The notes beneath the pieces are model-generated. The model was not told the DNA's origin and did no database searches. It saw nothing but the letters and a program-made list of their open reading frames with translations. The position numbers were made by a program, and so were the translations under genes. This document shows positions 1-9,812 of a stretch of DNA of 64,000 nt, in pieces. This stretch comes from an uncultured Candidatus Rokubacteria bacterium (GTDB lineage Bacteria > Methylomirabilota > Methylomirabilia > Rokubacteriales > CSP1-6): the NCBI GenBank assembly GCA_963789955.1, contig CAWBMV010000022.1, forward strand, positions 192,001-256,000. Reading direction: 5' to 3'. The first letter of the stretch is position 1, and each line of letters opens with the position of its first letter.

Positions 1-725
1 TCGACGATCCGTCCGTCGCGCAGCGCCACGATGCGATCAGCATACGCCCGTGCGAGGTGCACCTGGTGGAGGCTCGCGACGACTGCCACGCCCGTCGACA
101 CGGCCGAGCGCAGCGACTCGAGCACCGTCGCCGAGGATTCCGGATCGAGGCTCGCCACCGGCTCGTCGGCCAGGATCACCTTCGCGCGCTGCGCGAGCGC
201 CCGGGCGATCGCGACGCGCTGCTGCTGGCCGCCCGACAGCTCGTCCGCGCGTGTCCCGGCGCGATCGACGAGGCCGACGGTGTCCAGGCAGCCGAGCGCG
301 AGCTGCCGGTCGGCGCGTGTGAATCGGTCGCAGGATCACCCGCCACGTCGGCACGTGGGCCAGCCGCCCGACCAGCACGTTTTCGAGTGCGGACAGCCGG
401 CGGATGAGGTTGAACTGCTGGAAGATCAGCGCGACCTCGCGGCGCGCGAGCTGGAGCTCGCGCGGGCTATGCCAGATGTCGCGCCCGGCGACGGTCACCG
501 TGCCGCGGTCGGGCCGCGTGAGCCCGGTGAGGCACCGGAACAGCGTGGTCTTGCCGGCACCGCTCGGACCGAGCACGGCCACGAACTCGCCGGGCCGCAC
601 GGAGAACGAAACGTCGGCGAGGGCGGTGACCGCCGGGGGGATATCGCTTGGTCAGCCCCTCGGCGTGCGCGACCAGGCCGTTGCCGTTGGGCGCTTGAGG
701 CTATTCGAGCTTCCGTCGCAGCCAT
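1..725 (-). CDS. phnC: Phosphonate/phosphite ABC transporter ATP-binding protein (runs off window start, frameshifted)
   Basis: Walker [45 protein letters not shown] and ADEP in a shifted frame; downstream of phnE. Confidence 0.85.
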
Positions 726-1516
726 TCGCTCGTGTGGTCGATGACGGTGACCGTCACCAGGATCAGGAGGATGATCGTCAGCAAGCGCGGGAACAGCAAG
801 AGATCCATCGAGTTCTTGAGCTCCTGGCCGATGCCGCCCGCGCCCACCACGCCGAGGACCGTCGAGGCGCGGACGTTGAACTCCCACCAGAAGAGCCCGA
901 CCGACACCATGCTCGGCGCCACGTCCGGCAACAGCGCGTACGCGATCACCTTCACGCGCGAGGCGCCCGTCGCCGCCGCGGCCTCGAGCGGGCCCGGCGG
1001 AATGTTCTCGATCGCCTCCGCCCACAGCTTGGCCGTGCTCCCCCAGGTGTGCAGCGCGATACCGAGCACACCCGCGAACGGTCCCAGACCGACCGCCGCG
1101 ACGAAGAGCAGCGCGAAGACGAACGAGTCGACGCCGCGGAGCGCGTTGAGGAACCAGCGGGCCGGGTAGTAGAGCGCCATGCTCGGCGTCACGTTGCGGG
1201 CCGCCACGACACAGAGCGGAAGCGCGAGCAGCGCTGCCGCCGTCGTGCCGATCGCCGCCATCGCGATCGTCTCGGCGGTGCGGAGCAGCAGCACCGGAAG
1301 CTCGTCGGTGGCGGGCGGCCACGCCTTCGCCGCCCAGCCCGCCATCTTCGGCAGGCCGCTGAGCAGCCGACCCGGGTCGACCTTCGCCAGCTGCCAGCTC
1401 GCGGAATAAAACGCGGCGAGCAGCACGAGCACGAGCACGAAGCGAAGCCGCCGCGCCGACCACCACGACGCGACCGGGTCTGGATACTCGACGGCCCGCT
1501 TCACCGCCGTCGCCAT
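701..1516 (-). CDS. phnE: Phosphonate ABC transporter permease
   Basis: 271 aa hydrophobic ORF with GLGPFAGVLGIALH, EAA loop and EFNVRASTVLGVVGAGGIG. Confidence 0.9.
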   Translation of the reverse strand: MATAVKRAVEYPDPVASWWSARRLRFVLVLVLLAAFYSASWQLAKVDPGRLLSGLPKMAGWAAKAWPPATDELPVLLLRTAETIAMAAIGTTAAALLALPLCVVAARNVTPSMALYYPARWFLNALRGVDSFVFALLFVAAVGLGPFAGVLGIALHTWGSTAKLWAEAIENIPPGPLEAAAATGASRVKVIAYALLPDVAPSMVSVGLFWWEFNVRASTVLGVVGAGGIGQELKNSMDLLLFPRLLTIILLILVTVTVIDHTSEWLRRKLE

Positions 1517-2392
1517 CTATTTTTTCTTGAGACGACCGACCAGGATCCCCGCGTCCTCGATCATGCGATAGCTGTCGTGGGTCGCTGCGACGAAGCCGGT
1601 GTAGTGGTTCGGCAGGATCGTCTTCGCCTGCGCGTCGGTGATGCCGACGAGGATCTTCTGGATCCGGCCGGCGAGCGCCCGGTCGAAGTCGCGCGGCACC
1701 GCGATGGCGTCGTTGGGCAGCGGGTCGGAAGTCCAGACGACCTCGGTCGCGTTCTTCTCCAGCTTGCCGCCCTCGATCATCGCATTGCGGTTCCGGTCGA
1801 AGTCGGTCGCGCAGTCGACCTGGCCGCTGGCGACGCCGATCTCGTTCGCGGCGTGCGTGGCGCCGTCGGAGTAGTTGAACAGCTGCTTGGGATCGACGCC
1901 CTGCCGCTTGAACCACGAGGTCGGGATGAGCCAGCCCGAGGTCGAGCCCACGTCGGCGAACGACACGCGCTTGCCCTTGGCGCCGTCCGGCCACTTCGTC
2001 ACGAGCCCCGGCTTGCACACGACGATCGCGTGGTAGATGGGCTTGCCGTCGTACTTGGCGGTCGCGATCGCGCGCACTCCGGAGTCGTCGTTGGCGAGGA
2101 CGTAGCCCCACGGGCCCATCCACGCGAGGTCGACCTGCTTGTTCGCGAGCGCGACCGAGATGCCGGCCCAGTCGGTCGTGGCGGTGAGATCGAAGTCCCG
2201 GCCGAGCTCCTTCGCCAGGTAGGCGAAGAACGGCTCGTAGGCCTTCTTCGTCTCCGACGGCGTCGGCTGCAGAGGGCCGACGCCGAAGCGCAGCTTGCCG
2301 CCCTGCGCGTCGGCGGTGGTCGAGAGCGCGCTCGCGCCGGTCAGCGCGAGACCGAGTATCGAGAGCCCGAGCAACGTTCGTGCGGATCGCAT
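1517..2392 (-). CDS. phnD: Phosphate/phosphite/phosphonate ABC substrate-binding protein
   Basis: Signal peptide, STSGWLIP motif, SDPLPND; abuts phnE; RBS GAGGAG upstream. Confidence 0.88.
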   Translation of the reverse strand: MRSARTLLGLSILGLALTGASALSTTADAQGGKLRFGVGPLQPTPSETKKAYEPFFAYLAKELGRDFDLTATTDWAGISVALANKQVDLAWMGPWGYVLANDDSGVRAIATAKYDGKPIYHAIVVCKPGLVTKWPDGAKGKRVSFADVGSTSGWLIPTSWFKRQGVDPKQLFNYSDGATHAANEIGVASGQVDCATDFDRNRNAMIEGGKLEKNATEVVWTSDPLPNDAIAVPRDFDRALAGRIQKILVGITDAQAKTILPNHYTGFVAATHDSYRMIEDAGILVGRLKKK

Positions 2393-2497
2393 GGTCGTGG
2401 TCTATCTCCTCTGATGTCGGTGTACTTGGCAGGGACAGCGCCGGAGGTCCCGCCGGGCGACAACAGGGAAGCCTATAGGTAAGCTGGCGTTTTGCAA

Positions 2498-2512
2498 ATC
2501 GGGATTCCCGAT
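2498..2512. promoter_or_regulatory. 7-1-7 palindromic operator-like site upstream of phnD
   Basis: ATCGGGA-T-TCCCGAT, directly upstream (minus strand) of TTGCAA-N16-TAGGCT. Confidence 0.4.
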
Positions 2513-2564
2513 GGGTAGGGCTGGGGGTATCGCCGGGTCGCACGGGACGAACCGACGACTTCAC

Positions 2565-3674
2565 TCAGCCGCGCTTGAGCTCGGGCAGGACCTTCTCGCC
2601 GAAGAGCCGGATGTTCTTCACGGCCAGGGCGTGCGGAAGGGAGCCGAACTGGAAGAGGCCGACGAGGACGCCGACGCCGAGCTCGCGCGCCTGGGCGCGG
2701 ATCTCACGCACGACGTAGTCCGGATCACCCACGATCGACAACCCTTCCTTTTGACACAGGTCGAAGTCGAACTCGTAGAGCGGGAGGTCCTCGGCCTTCT
2801 CGATCCGCGCCGGTCGCGGTGGCGGCGACTGCCCCATCAGGGCCATCGAGCCGCGGTGATAGCTCAGGAGCTTCTGCCAGAAATAGTCGAGGTGCGGCTC
2901 GGCCTCTTCGCGGGCACGCGCGTTCGTCTCGGCGACATACACATGCCGCACCAGGTGGCAGTGCTCTGGGCCCGGCGTCCATCCGTGCTTTCGGGCCAGC
3001 TCGCGGTAGCGATCAAACACGGCGCGCGCCCGGCCGAGCGAGCGATACGCCGAGCCGGTCGGCACGCGGCGGCTCGCCGCGATCTCGAGTCCTTCGTCGC
3101 TGTCAGCCGGCAGGAGAATCGGCGGATGCGGCTGCTGGAGCGGGCGCGGCCAGATCGAGACACGGTCGTAGTCGAAGTACGTGCCGTGCCACGCGAACGG
3201 CTCGCGCTCCGTCCAGGCTTTCACCACGAGATCCCACGCCTCGGTCATGCGGGCGCGCGCGTCGGCCAGCGGGATGCTGTAGGCGAGGAACTCCTGCGGC
3301 ACGCCGCGGACGAAGCCCGAGATGACGCGGCCGCCGGACATGACGTCGAGCATCGCGACTTCCTCGGCGAGCCGAAGCGGGTGCGCGTGCAGCGCCGGCA
3401 GATTGCCGAAGATGCCGATCTTGATGCGCTTGGTCCGCTGGGTGAGCACCGCGGCGATCAGGTTCGGCGACGGCATCAGCCCATAAGGCTTCGCGTGGTG
3501 CTCGTTGATGCAGATCGCGTCGTAGCCGTGCTCTTCGTAGAGCTCCATCTGCCGGAAGTGCTCGTCGTACACCTGCCGGCCGAGCGCCGGATCGTAGAGC
3601 CGATTCGCGTCCGGGTAATAGGAGGCCTCTGCGAGATGCGGCCACGGCATCAGATCGAACGCGTAGACCTGCAT
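2565..3674 (-). CDS. LLM-class flavin-dependent oxidoreductase
   Basis: NEHH, HPLRLAEEVAMLDVMSGGR, PRPLQQPHPP, C-terminal LFGEKVLP. Confidence 0.9.
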   Translation of the reverse strand: MQVYAFDLMPWPHLAEASYYPDANRLYDPALGRQVYDEHFRQMELYEEHGYDAICINEHHAKPYGLMPSPNLIAAVLTQRTKRIKIGIFGNLPALHAHPLRLAEEVAMLDVMSGGRVISGFVRGVPQEFLAYSIPLADARARMTEAWDLVVKAWTEREPFAWHGTYFDYDRVSIWPRPLQQPHPPILLPADSDEGLEIAASRRVPTGSAYRSLGRARAVFDRYRELARKHGWTPGPEHCHLVRHVYVAETNARAREEAEPHLDYFWQKLLSYHRGSMALMGQSPPPRPARIEKAEDLPLYEFDFDLCQKEGLSIVGDPDYVVREIRAQARELGVGVLVGLFQFGSLPHALAVKNIRLFGEKVLPELKRG

Positions 3675-3833
3675 CCTCAGCTCCCCGCCGGTGGATTGCG
3701 CGGGTGCGCTCCCGCGATGTGGGACACGATCGTGGAGCGTCCGGCCGCTGTCAAGGTGCTGTCCTTGAGCGCGGCGTTACCATCAGGGTGACGAACGCAG
3801 GCCGCGACTCCACTCTCACGAAGGAGGACCCCC

Positions 3834-4311
3834 ATGGCAGGCAAGGCCGAGGCGCTGGCGAAGCAGTATCGAGGCGAAGGTGCAGGAGGCGACCGGGGTG
3901 TTCGATCGCCTGAGCGATGCCGACTGGAAGAAGACGACCTCCGAGAAATGGACGGTCGGCGTCGTGGCGCACCACGTGGCCGGGGGGCACGAGGGGATCA
4001 GCGGGATCATCAAGACCGTCGCGGGCGGTCAGTCCATGCCGAACTTCACGATGGACATGCTCCACGACATGAACGCGAAACACGCCAAGGAGTTCGCGAA
4101 CGTCTCCAAGGCCGAGACGATCGCGTTGCACACGAAGAACGCCGCGGCGGCGGCCGCGGTCGTGCGCGGGCTGAGCGACGCCGATCTCGGCAAGAGCGCG
4201 ACCGTCCTCACCGGGATGCCGCCGATGAGCGTCGAGCAGATCATCCACGGCATTCTTCTCAACCACGTCGAGGAGCACCTCAAGAGCATCCGCGCCGCCG
4301 TCGGCGCCTGA
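3834..4311 (+). CDS. DinB-family protein (frameshift near 3870)
   Basis: RBS AAGGAGG; WTVGVVAHH and HVEEHLKSI His motifs. Confidence 0.75.
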
Positions 4312-4334
4312 GGTACCGCCGGGCGCGGCTCCGG

Positions 4335-5603
4335 CTAGACCGGTAGCCGCGACCGCGCCCGGGCGTCGAGCACGAGCAGACCGAGCGCGATCAGCACGAC
4401 CGCCGCCGAGCTGAACGTCAGCGACCATCGCACGCCGATCAGCGCGCCGAGCACACCGACCGTGAGCCCGCTGCCCGCGCGCAGGCCGAGCATCGACGTG
4501 TTGAAGAGGCCGACCATGCTGCCGCGGAGATGGGCCGGAGCCACCAGCTGGATGATGGTCTGCGCCATCGACGTGAACGCGATGTTGAAGATGCCCGCCA
4601 GGATCAGCAGGGTCACCGCCGCCGGATAGTGCTGCGCGCCCGGAAAGAGGGCCATCAACCCGCCCCAGATCGCGGCGCACACGATCGCGGATCTGCCGCT
4701 GAGCCGGATGAACGTCGAGCTCTCGAGCAGCACCGCGCCGATGACCGCGCCGACCGCGTTGGCAGCGAGCAGCACGCTGTACCAGGCGCCGGCCTCGTCG
4801 GCACCGAGATGGTGCGCGTACTCCGGCATCTGGGCCTGAAACGCGTTGCCGACGAGAAACGATGTGGTCCCCCCCAGCGCGATCATCGAGAGCAGCCGCG
4901 GGTCGGATCGCGCCTCGGCCAGGAGCCGGCGGATCTCGGCGAGCCCGAAGCGGACCGAGCGTCGTCCCTCCGCCTCGCGGCGATGACCCGTGTACGGCAT
5001 GAACAGCAGATAGATCGTGAACGGGGCGTAGATCGCGATGTTGGCCAAGAGGCCGTAGCCGGGGCCGAGCAGGAGCATGAGCCCGCCGCCGACGGCCGGG
5101 CCGAGCAGGATCGCCAGGTAGCGGCTCGTGGCATTGAGCCGGATCGCGCTCGGCAGCCGCTCGGGTCCCACGATGTCGTAGACCAGGAGCTGCGAAGCCG
5201 GCAGGCCGATGACACCGGCGGCGCCGTGGATCAACAATATGACCGTGGCGTGCCAGATCTGGAGACTCCCGGTGAGGAACAGCAGGGCCCACGACAGCGA
5301 CGCGAGCGCGAACAGCCCCTGCGAGATCTGGATGAGCTTGCGGCAATCGTAGCGGTCGGCCAGGGCGCCGGCGTACACCGAGAAGAGCAAGAAGGGCACC
5401 CAGTGGCTGATGACGGCGAACCCGGCCAGCATCGGTGAATGAAAGGCCTGGAAGATGACCCAGTAGCTGATGACGTGCTCGATGTTGTCGGCGGTGGCGC
5501 TCAGGAGCACGAGCGCGAAGTAGCGGCGGTAGTCGCGGTGCTGCAGCGCCCCGAACTTCGTGCCCGGCGGGGGGCCAGGGGCGGCAAGCGGAGATCGAAT
5601 CAC
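4335..5603 (-). CDS. MFS transporter
   Basis: 422 aa multi-TM protein; GALADRYDCRK, APAHLRGSMVG. Confidence 0.9.
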   Translation of the reverse strand: MIRSPLAAPGPPPGTKFGALQHRDYRRYFALVLLSATADNIEHVISYWVIFQAFHSPMLAGFAVISHWVPFLLFSVYAGALADRYDCRKLIQISQGLFALASLSWALLFLTGSLQIWHATVILLIHGAAGVIGLPASQLLVYDIVGPERLPSAIRLNATSRYLAILLGPAVGGGLMLLLGPGYGLLANIAIYAPFTIYLLFMPYTGHRREAEGRRSVRFGLAEIRRLLAEARSDPRLLSMIALGGTTSFLVGNAFQAQMPEYAHHLGADEAGAWYSVLLAANAVGAVIGAVLLESSTFIRLSGRSAIVCAAIWGGLMALFPGAQHYPAAVTLLILAGIFNIAFTSMAQTIIQLVAPAHLRGSMVGLFNTSMLGLRAGSGLTVGVLGALIGVRWSLTFSSAAVVLIALGLLVLDARARSRLPV

Positions 5604-5610
5604 CGTGACG

Positions 5611-5618
5611 ATTATAAT
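5611..5618. promoter_or_regulatory. Bidirectional -10 element between divergent genes
   Basis: Self-complementary ATTATAAT gives TATAAT on both strands in very GC-rich DNA. Confidence 0.55.
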
Positions 5619-5628
5619 CCTTGTCGAC

Positions 5629-5678
5629 GTGCGCGCCGCAGGGCCGTCGCGGGGCTGGGGCCCCGCCGGCCGGGGCGC
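5629..5678 (+). repeat. Dispersed GC-rich hairpin repeat, copy 1
   Basis: Closely matches the reverse complement of 37152-37200; core GCGGGGC-TGGG-GCCCCGC. Confidence 0.75.
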
Positions 5679-5701
5679 AGCTGAGAGAAAGAGAGGGACC
5701 G

Positions 5702-6992
5702 ATGAAGGGCGTGACGTTGCCGACCGAGACCGTGTTCGTGATGGAGGCGTCGCCGATCAAGTTCGGACTCGGCGCCATGGACGAGATCGCGTACGACGCC
5801 CGGCGGCTCGGGCTCAAGCGCGTGCTGATCGTCACCGACCGCCACATCGGCGAGCTCGGGCTGCCCGATCGTGTTCGCGCCCTCCTCGAAGAGGAAGGCA
5901 TCAAGGCCGACGTCTACGACGGCGTCGAGATCGAGCCCACCGATCGGTCGATGGAAGAGGCCGCGGAGTACGCACGGCAGCGCGAGCTCGACGGGCTCAT
6001 CGCCGTCGGCGGCGGCAGCGCGCTGGACACGTGCAAGGCGGTCAATCTGCTCACGACGTATCCGGCGCCGCTGCTCGACTACATCAATCAGCCGGTCGGG
6101 CGCGGCCGCCCGGTGCCGGGTCCGCTCAAGCCTCTGATCGCGGTCCCGACGACGGCGGGCACCGGCAGCGAGACGACCGCGGTGGCGGTGACCCACGTCC
6201 TGGCGCAGCACGTGAAAGCCGGCGTGTCGAATCGGCTCCTGCGTCCGGCGCTCGGCATCGTCGACCCGCTCAACACGCTCACCGCGCCGCCGGAGGTGAC
6301 GGCCGCCGCGGGCTGCGACATCCTGACGCACGCGATCGAGTCGTACACGACGCGCCCGTACAACGCGCGCGCCAAGCATCATCCGCCCGATCGCCCGGCC
6401 TACATCGGCGCCAACCCGGCGAGCGACATCTGGTGTGAGAAGGCGATCGAGTACGTCGGCCGGTATTTGCGCCGCGCGGTCCTGAGCCCGCTCGACCTCG
6501 ACGCGCGCGTGAACCTGGCGCTGGCCGCCAACTACGCCGGCGTCGGCTTCGGCAACGCCGGAGTCCACATCCCGCACGCGCTCGCGTATCCCATCGCCGG
6601 CCTCGTGCGCGACTACGTGCCGAGCGGCTATCGCACCACCCATGCGCTGGTGCCGCACGGCGTCTCGGTCGTGGTGACGGCGCCGGCGACCTTTCGCTTC
6701 ACATATGCGACGTCGCCGGAGCGGCATCTGCGCGCCGCCGAGCTGATGGGCGTCTCGACCGCGGGACTCTCGGAGCGCGACGCGCGCGAGGCGCTACCGC
6801 GCGCGCTCCAGTCGCTGATGCGCGACGTCGGGATTCCCAACGGTATCAGCGCGCTCGGCTATGGCGAGGGCGACATTCCCGCGCTGGTCGAAGGCACCTT
6901 GAAGCAGCCGAGGCTCTTGAGCGGCGTCTCCGCGAGCCGTAGGCTCCGCCGAGCTCGCCGCGATTCTGCGCGACTCGCTCCGTCTCTGGTAG
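5702..6992 (+). CDS. Iron-containing alcohol dehydrogenase, hydroxyacid-oxoacid transhydrogenase-like (frameshift near 3' end)
   Basis: GGGSALDTCK, PTTAGTGSE, DILTHAIESYT, GNAGVHIPH, VPHG. Confidence 0.88.
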
Positions 6993-7000
6993 GCCACCGT

Positions 7001-7143
7001 CGGGGTCGGCGGCGGCCAGGCGGGCTGGGTCTTGTCAGCCCTGTGTAGGTACGGTTGCTGTTCGCGACGTGCGAGATTGGTCAGCAGGAGGGTCCGCGCG
7101 CAGGGCTCACGAGACCCAGCCCGCCTGGCCGCCGCCGACCCCG
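7001..7143. repeat. Long inverted repeat (43-bp arms, 2 mismatches) between convergent genes
   Basis: 7001-7043 is the reverse complement of 7101-7143; the outer 32 bp match perfectly. Confidence 0.9.
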
Positions 7144-7145
7144 TG

Positions 7146-8597
7146 CTACGCGTCGTGGCGGATCGGGTAGCTCGGCGGCACGATGTCGTCGAGCGGCTTC
7201 GCGGTCCAGTGCCACTGCGGAATGGCGTGCCACAGCCGTTCGCCCTCTGCTTGCACGTCGCGCAGCAGCGCGTGCTCGTCGATCACGCACGGCTCGGCCA
7301 CCCTCGACGAGCATCTGGCCGTCGACGATGACGGTGTCGACGTCGCGCCCGGCACCGCACTCGACCAGCGCCTTGATCGGATCGTGCACGGCGCCGTAGT
7401 GCAGGTGACGCAGATCGACGACGATGATGTCGGCCTTGGCCCCCGGGGCCAGCCGGCCGAGATCGTCGCGCCCGAGATGGCGCGCGCCGCCGAGCGTGGC
7501 GGCGTCGAAGACGTCCTGCGGGCTGGCCCACGCGGAAGCTGCCGTCGGCCATGCGGCACATCAAGGCGGCCCAGCGCATCTCGTGGATCAGATCTTGCGG
7601 GTACGTGTCGGTGCCGAGCGCGATGTTGATCCCGAGCGCGCGATAGCGCTCGAACGACTCGAACTGCACGCCCATCTTGGCGTACTTGTACGGCGCGTGG
7701 ACGACCGTGACGCCGCTGTCGGCCAGGAGCTTCAGGTCGTCGCGCGTAGGGGTAGTGGCACCAGGAGTGCTCGTTGTGGAATACGCAGTGGCCGAGGCCG
7801 GTGCGCGGCTTCAGGAAGCCGATCGAGTGCAGGAGCTGGATCGGCGTCTGCCCGTGCTGCTCGAGGATGTGGTGGAACTCGCGCTGGTTCATCGCGGCGT
7901 GCAGCTGTATCGGCACGCCGAGGTCGTCGGCCCACGCGCCGGGCCTGCCGCAGGAGATCCGGCGTGCACGTGTCGAGCTGGCCGGGATAGAGCATGGCCT
8001 TGATCCGGCCGTTGTACGCGCCGTCGTGCTCCTTGATGTAGGCGACCGCGCGCTCGAGCCCGGCCACGCCGGCGGCCTCATCCCACTCCCAGACGATGCG
8101 GCTGCCGTCGAAGGCGTAGCTCGCCGAGCGGAACGCCGGCCCCACGTACGCGCGCACGCCTAGCTCGCCCGCGATCTTCGTGAACGCGGCCGGGCCGCCG
8201 GGCATCGTGCCGACGTCCATGATCGTCGTGGCGCCCGCCCGCAGCGCCGACCAGAGACCGTAGGTGCCCGCCACGTCCGCGCGGTCGCCCGCTCGAGGCA
8301 CCGAGGCGCCCCGACGTGGCGCGACGTAGCCGACGAAGTTGCTCCCGAAGTAGTCGGCCTTGAGGCCGTCGAGGAACACGGCTTGCCCCGCGTTGGTGGC
8401 GGCGTGCAGGTGGCAATTGACCAGGCCGGGAGCCACGAGCTTGCCGGTGGCGTCGATACGGCGATCGACGGCCCGTCGAAGCGCGCGCCCACGTGAACGA
8501 CATGGTCGTCCTCGAATACGACGCAGCCATTCGGCCAGAGCTCGTGTCCGCGCCCGTCGTAGCCGACCACCCATCCGCCCTGAATCAGTGTTCGCAT
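7146..8597 (-). CDS. Metal-dependent amidohydrolase, Atz/Trz chlorohydrolase/deaminase-like (several frameshifts)
   Basis: PGLVNCHLH, QLHAAM, LGHC, LGTDT and VDTVIVDG segments spread over successive frames. Confidence 0.85.
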
Positions 8598-8648
8598 CGT
8601 CGTGACTCTCCGGTGAAAGAAACGTTCATCGGCCGCGCGGCCAGCCGC

Positions 8649-8721
8649 ATGCTAGGCAACGCCGGTCGACGTGTCAACGTTTCCGCCGGCGTTGACAGAG
8701 ACTCGGGTGCTGCACTACAGT
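8649..8721. promoter_or_regulatory. Back-to-back divergent sigma70-type promoters
   Basis: Minus: TTGACA (8677-8672)-N17-TAGCAT; plus: TTGACA (8692-8697)-N18-TACAGT. Confidence 0.6.
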
Positions 8722-8832
8722 CCGCTTCACTCTGATCGAAGGAGCCCTCGCGTTAGTACGCGCTCACCTCGTCATGGAGCGTGTACCCTTCTGTCCGTGG
8801 ACAGGCCGATCGCGGAAGGACCCGGCATAGGG

Positions 8833-9735
8833 ATGGCGTCCCTCCATCGGCCGGAGCGGTTGTCGATCTTCTCGCCCGCCACGAGCCGCGAGCGCGAGGA
8901 GAACTTCGAGAGCTACTGGCTCTACCAGCAGCGCCGCGACGGCGAGATTCTCGAGGACGCGAAGGATTTGTCGGAGAAGCGGAAGGGGCTCACGCGCTTT
9001 CAGGCCAACCCGGTCCGCACGCGCCGGCCGGTCCCGGAGGCGTTCCGCCGCAACTACGTCACGATGCGCGACGATCCACGCAGCCTCGACCGACGGACGT
9101 TGCTGCTGACCTTTCTCTACAAGTTCGCGCGCCACGAGTGGATCGGCATCTCGGCAGCCTGGGACGAGACTCCGACGCTGGCGCGCGCGGTGTACCTGAT
9201 CGACAAGATCAGCCGGTACCATCTCGCCGAGGAGTTCTGTCACATGCGGCTCTTCCAGGAGATGTTTCGGACCTTCGGCCTCGACGGCGTCGAGTGGGGG
9301 CCGCTGCCGAAGCGGACCAAGCAGCTCTACGGCGCGTTCGCCCGCTTGCCCGGCCCGATCGTGGCGCCGCCGGCCTTCGTGAGCGAGCTGATGGGGCTGA
9401 CCGTCTACCTGCAGCTCGACGCGATGCTCGACGACATCATCGGCGACGAGCCCGACGTGCGCGACCGGATCCGCGAGCTCCTGCGCATGATCATGACCGA
9501 CGAGCTGTCGCACGTCGGCGAGCGGCGCAACTTCATGGGACCGGTCGGGCTCCGCGCGGCCAAGCTGATGGTGCGACCGATGTTCCGCGCCTTCTTCGGA
9601 GGGATCCCGGAGGCCCCGTTGCTCTTCGACACGCGCCGGATGCGAAAAGACGCCGAGGCCTTCGACTACAGCACGATCAGGCCGGACATTCTCAAGGTGA
9701 GCTGGGCCCCGTCGTACTGCACTCCGCGTCCGTAG
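8833..9735 (+). CDS. Ferritin-like diiron-carboxylate protein of unknown function
   Basis: Ligand pattern RHE...EEFCH...SE...DELSH. Confidence 0.7.
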   Translation: MASLHRPERLSIFSPATSREREENFESYWLYQQRRDGEILEDAKDLSEKRKGLTRFQANPVRTRRPVPEAFRRNYVTMRDDPRSLDRRTLLLTFLYKFARHEWIGISAAWDETPTLARAVYLIDKISRYHLAEEFCHMRLFQEMFRTFGLDGVEWGPLPKRTKQLYGAFARLPGPIVAPPAFVSELMGLTVYLQLDAMLDDIIGDEPDVRDRIRELLRMIMTDELSHVGERRNFMGPVGLRAAKLMVRPMFRAFFGGIPEAPLLFDTRRMRKDAEAFDYSTIRPDILKVSWAPSYCTPRP

Positions 9736-9770
9736 ACGGCGCGCACACCGCGCCTCGCCGCCGATGGAGC

Positions 9771-9802
9771 GCCGCGGCCCGGCACGAAAGCAGGGCCGCG
9801 GC
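9771..9802. terminator. Possible bidirectional hairpin between convergent genes
   Basis: GCCGCGGCCC-N12-GGGCCGCGGC; no U-tract. Confidence 0.3.
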
Positions 9803-9812
9803 CCGGATGCGC

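Noticed and set aside
404..2564. Long antisense or alternative-frame ORFs (e.g. 404-2482, 13037-15220, 17286-19268, 28058-30571)
   Set aside because: Arg/Ala/Gly/Pro-rich shadow ORFs expected at this GC content, with no recognisable motifs
2393..2564. Riboswitch upstream of phnD
   Set aside because: No recognisable cobalamin, TPP, SAM or FMN core; it looks like a promoter plus operator
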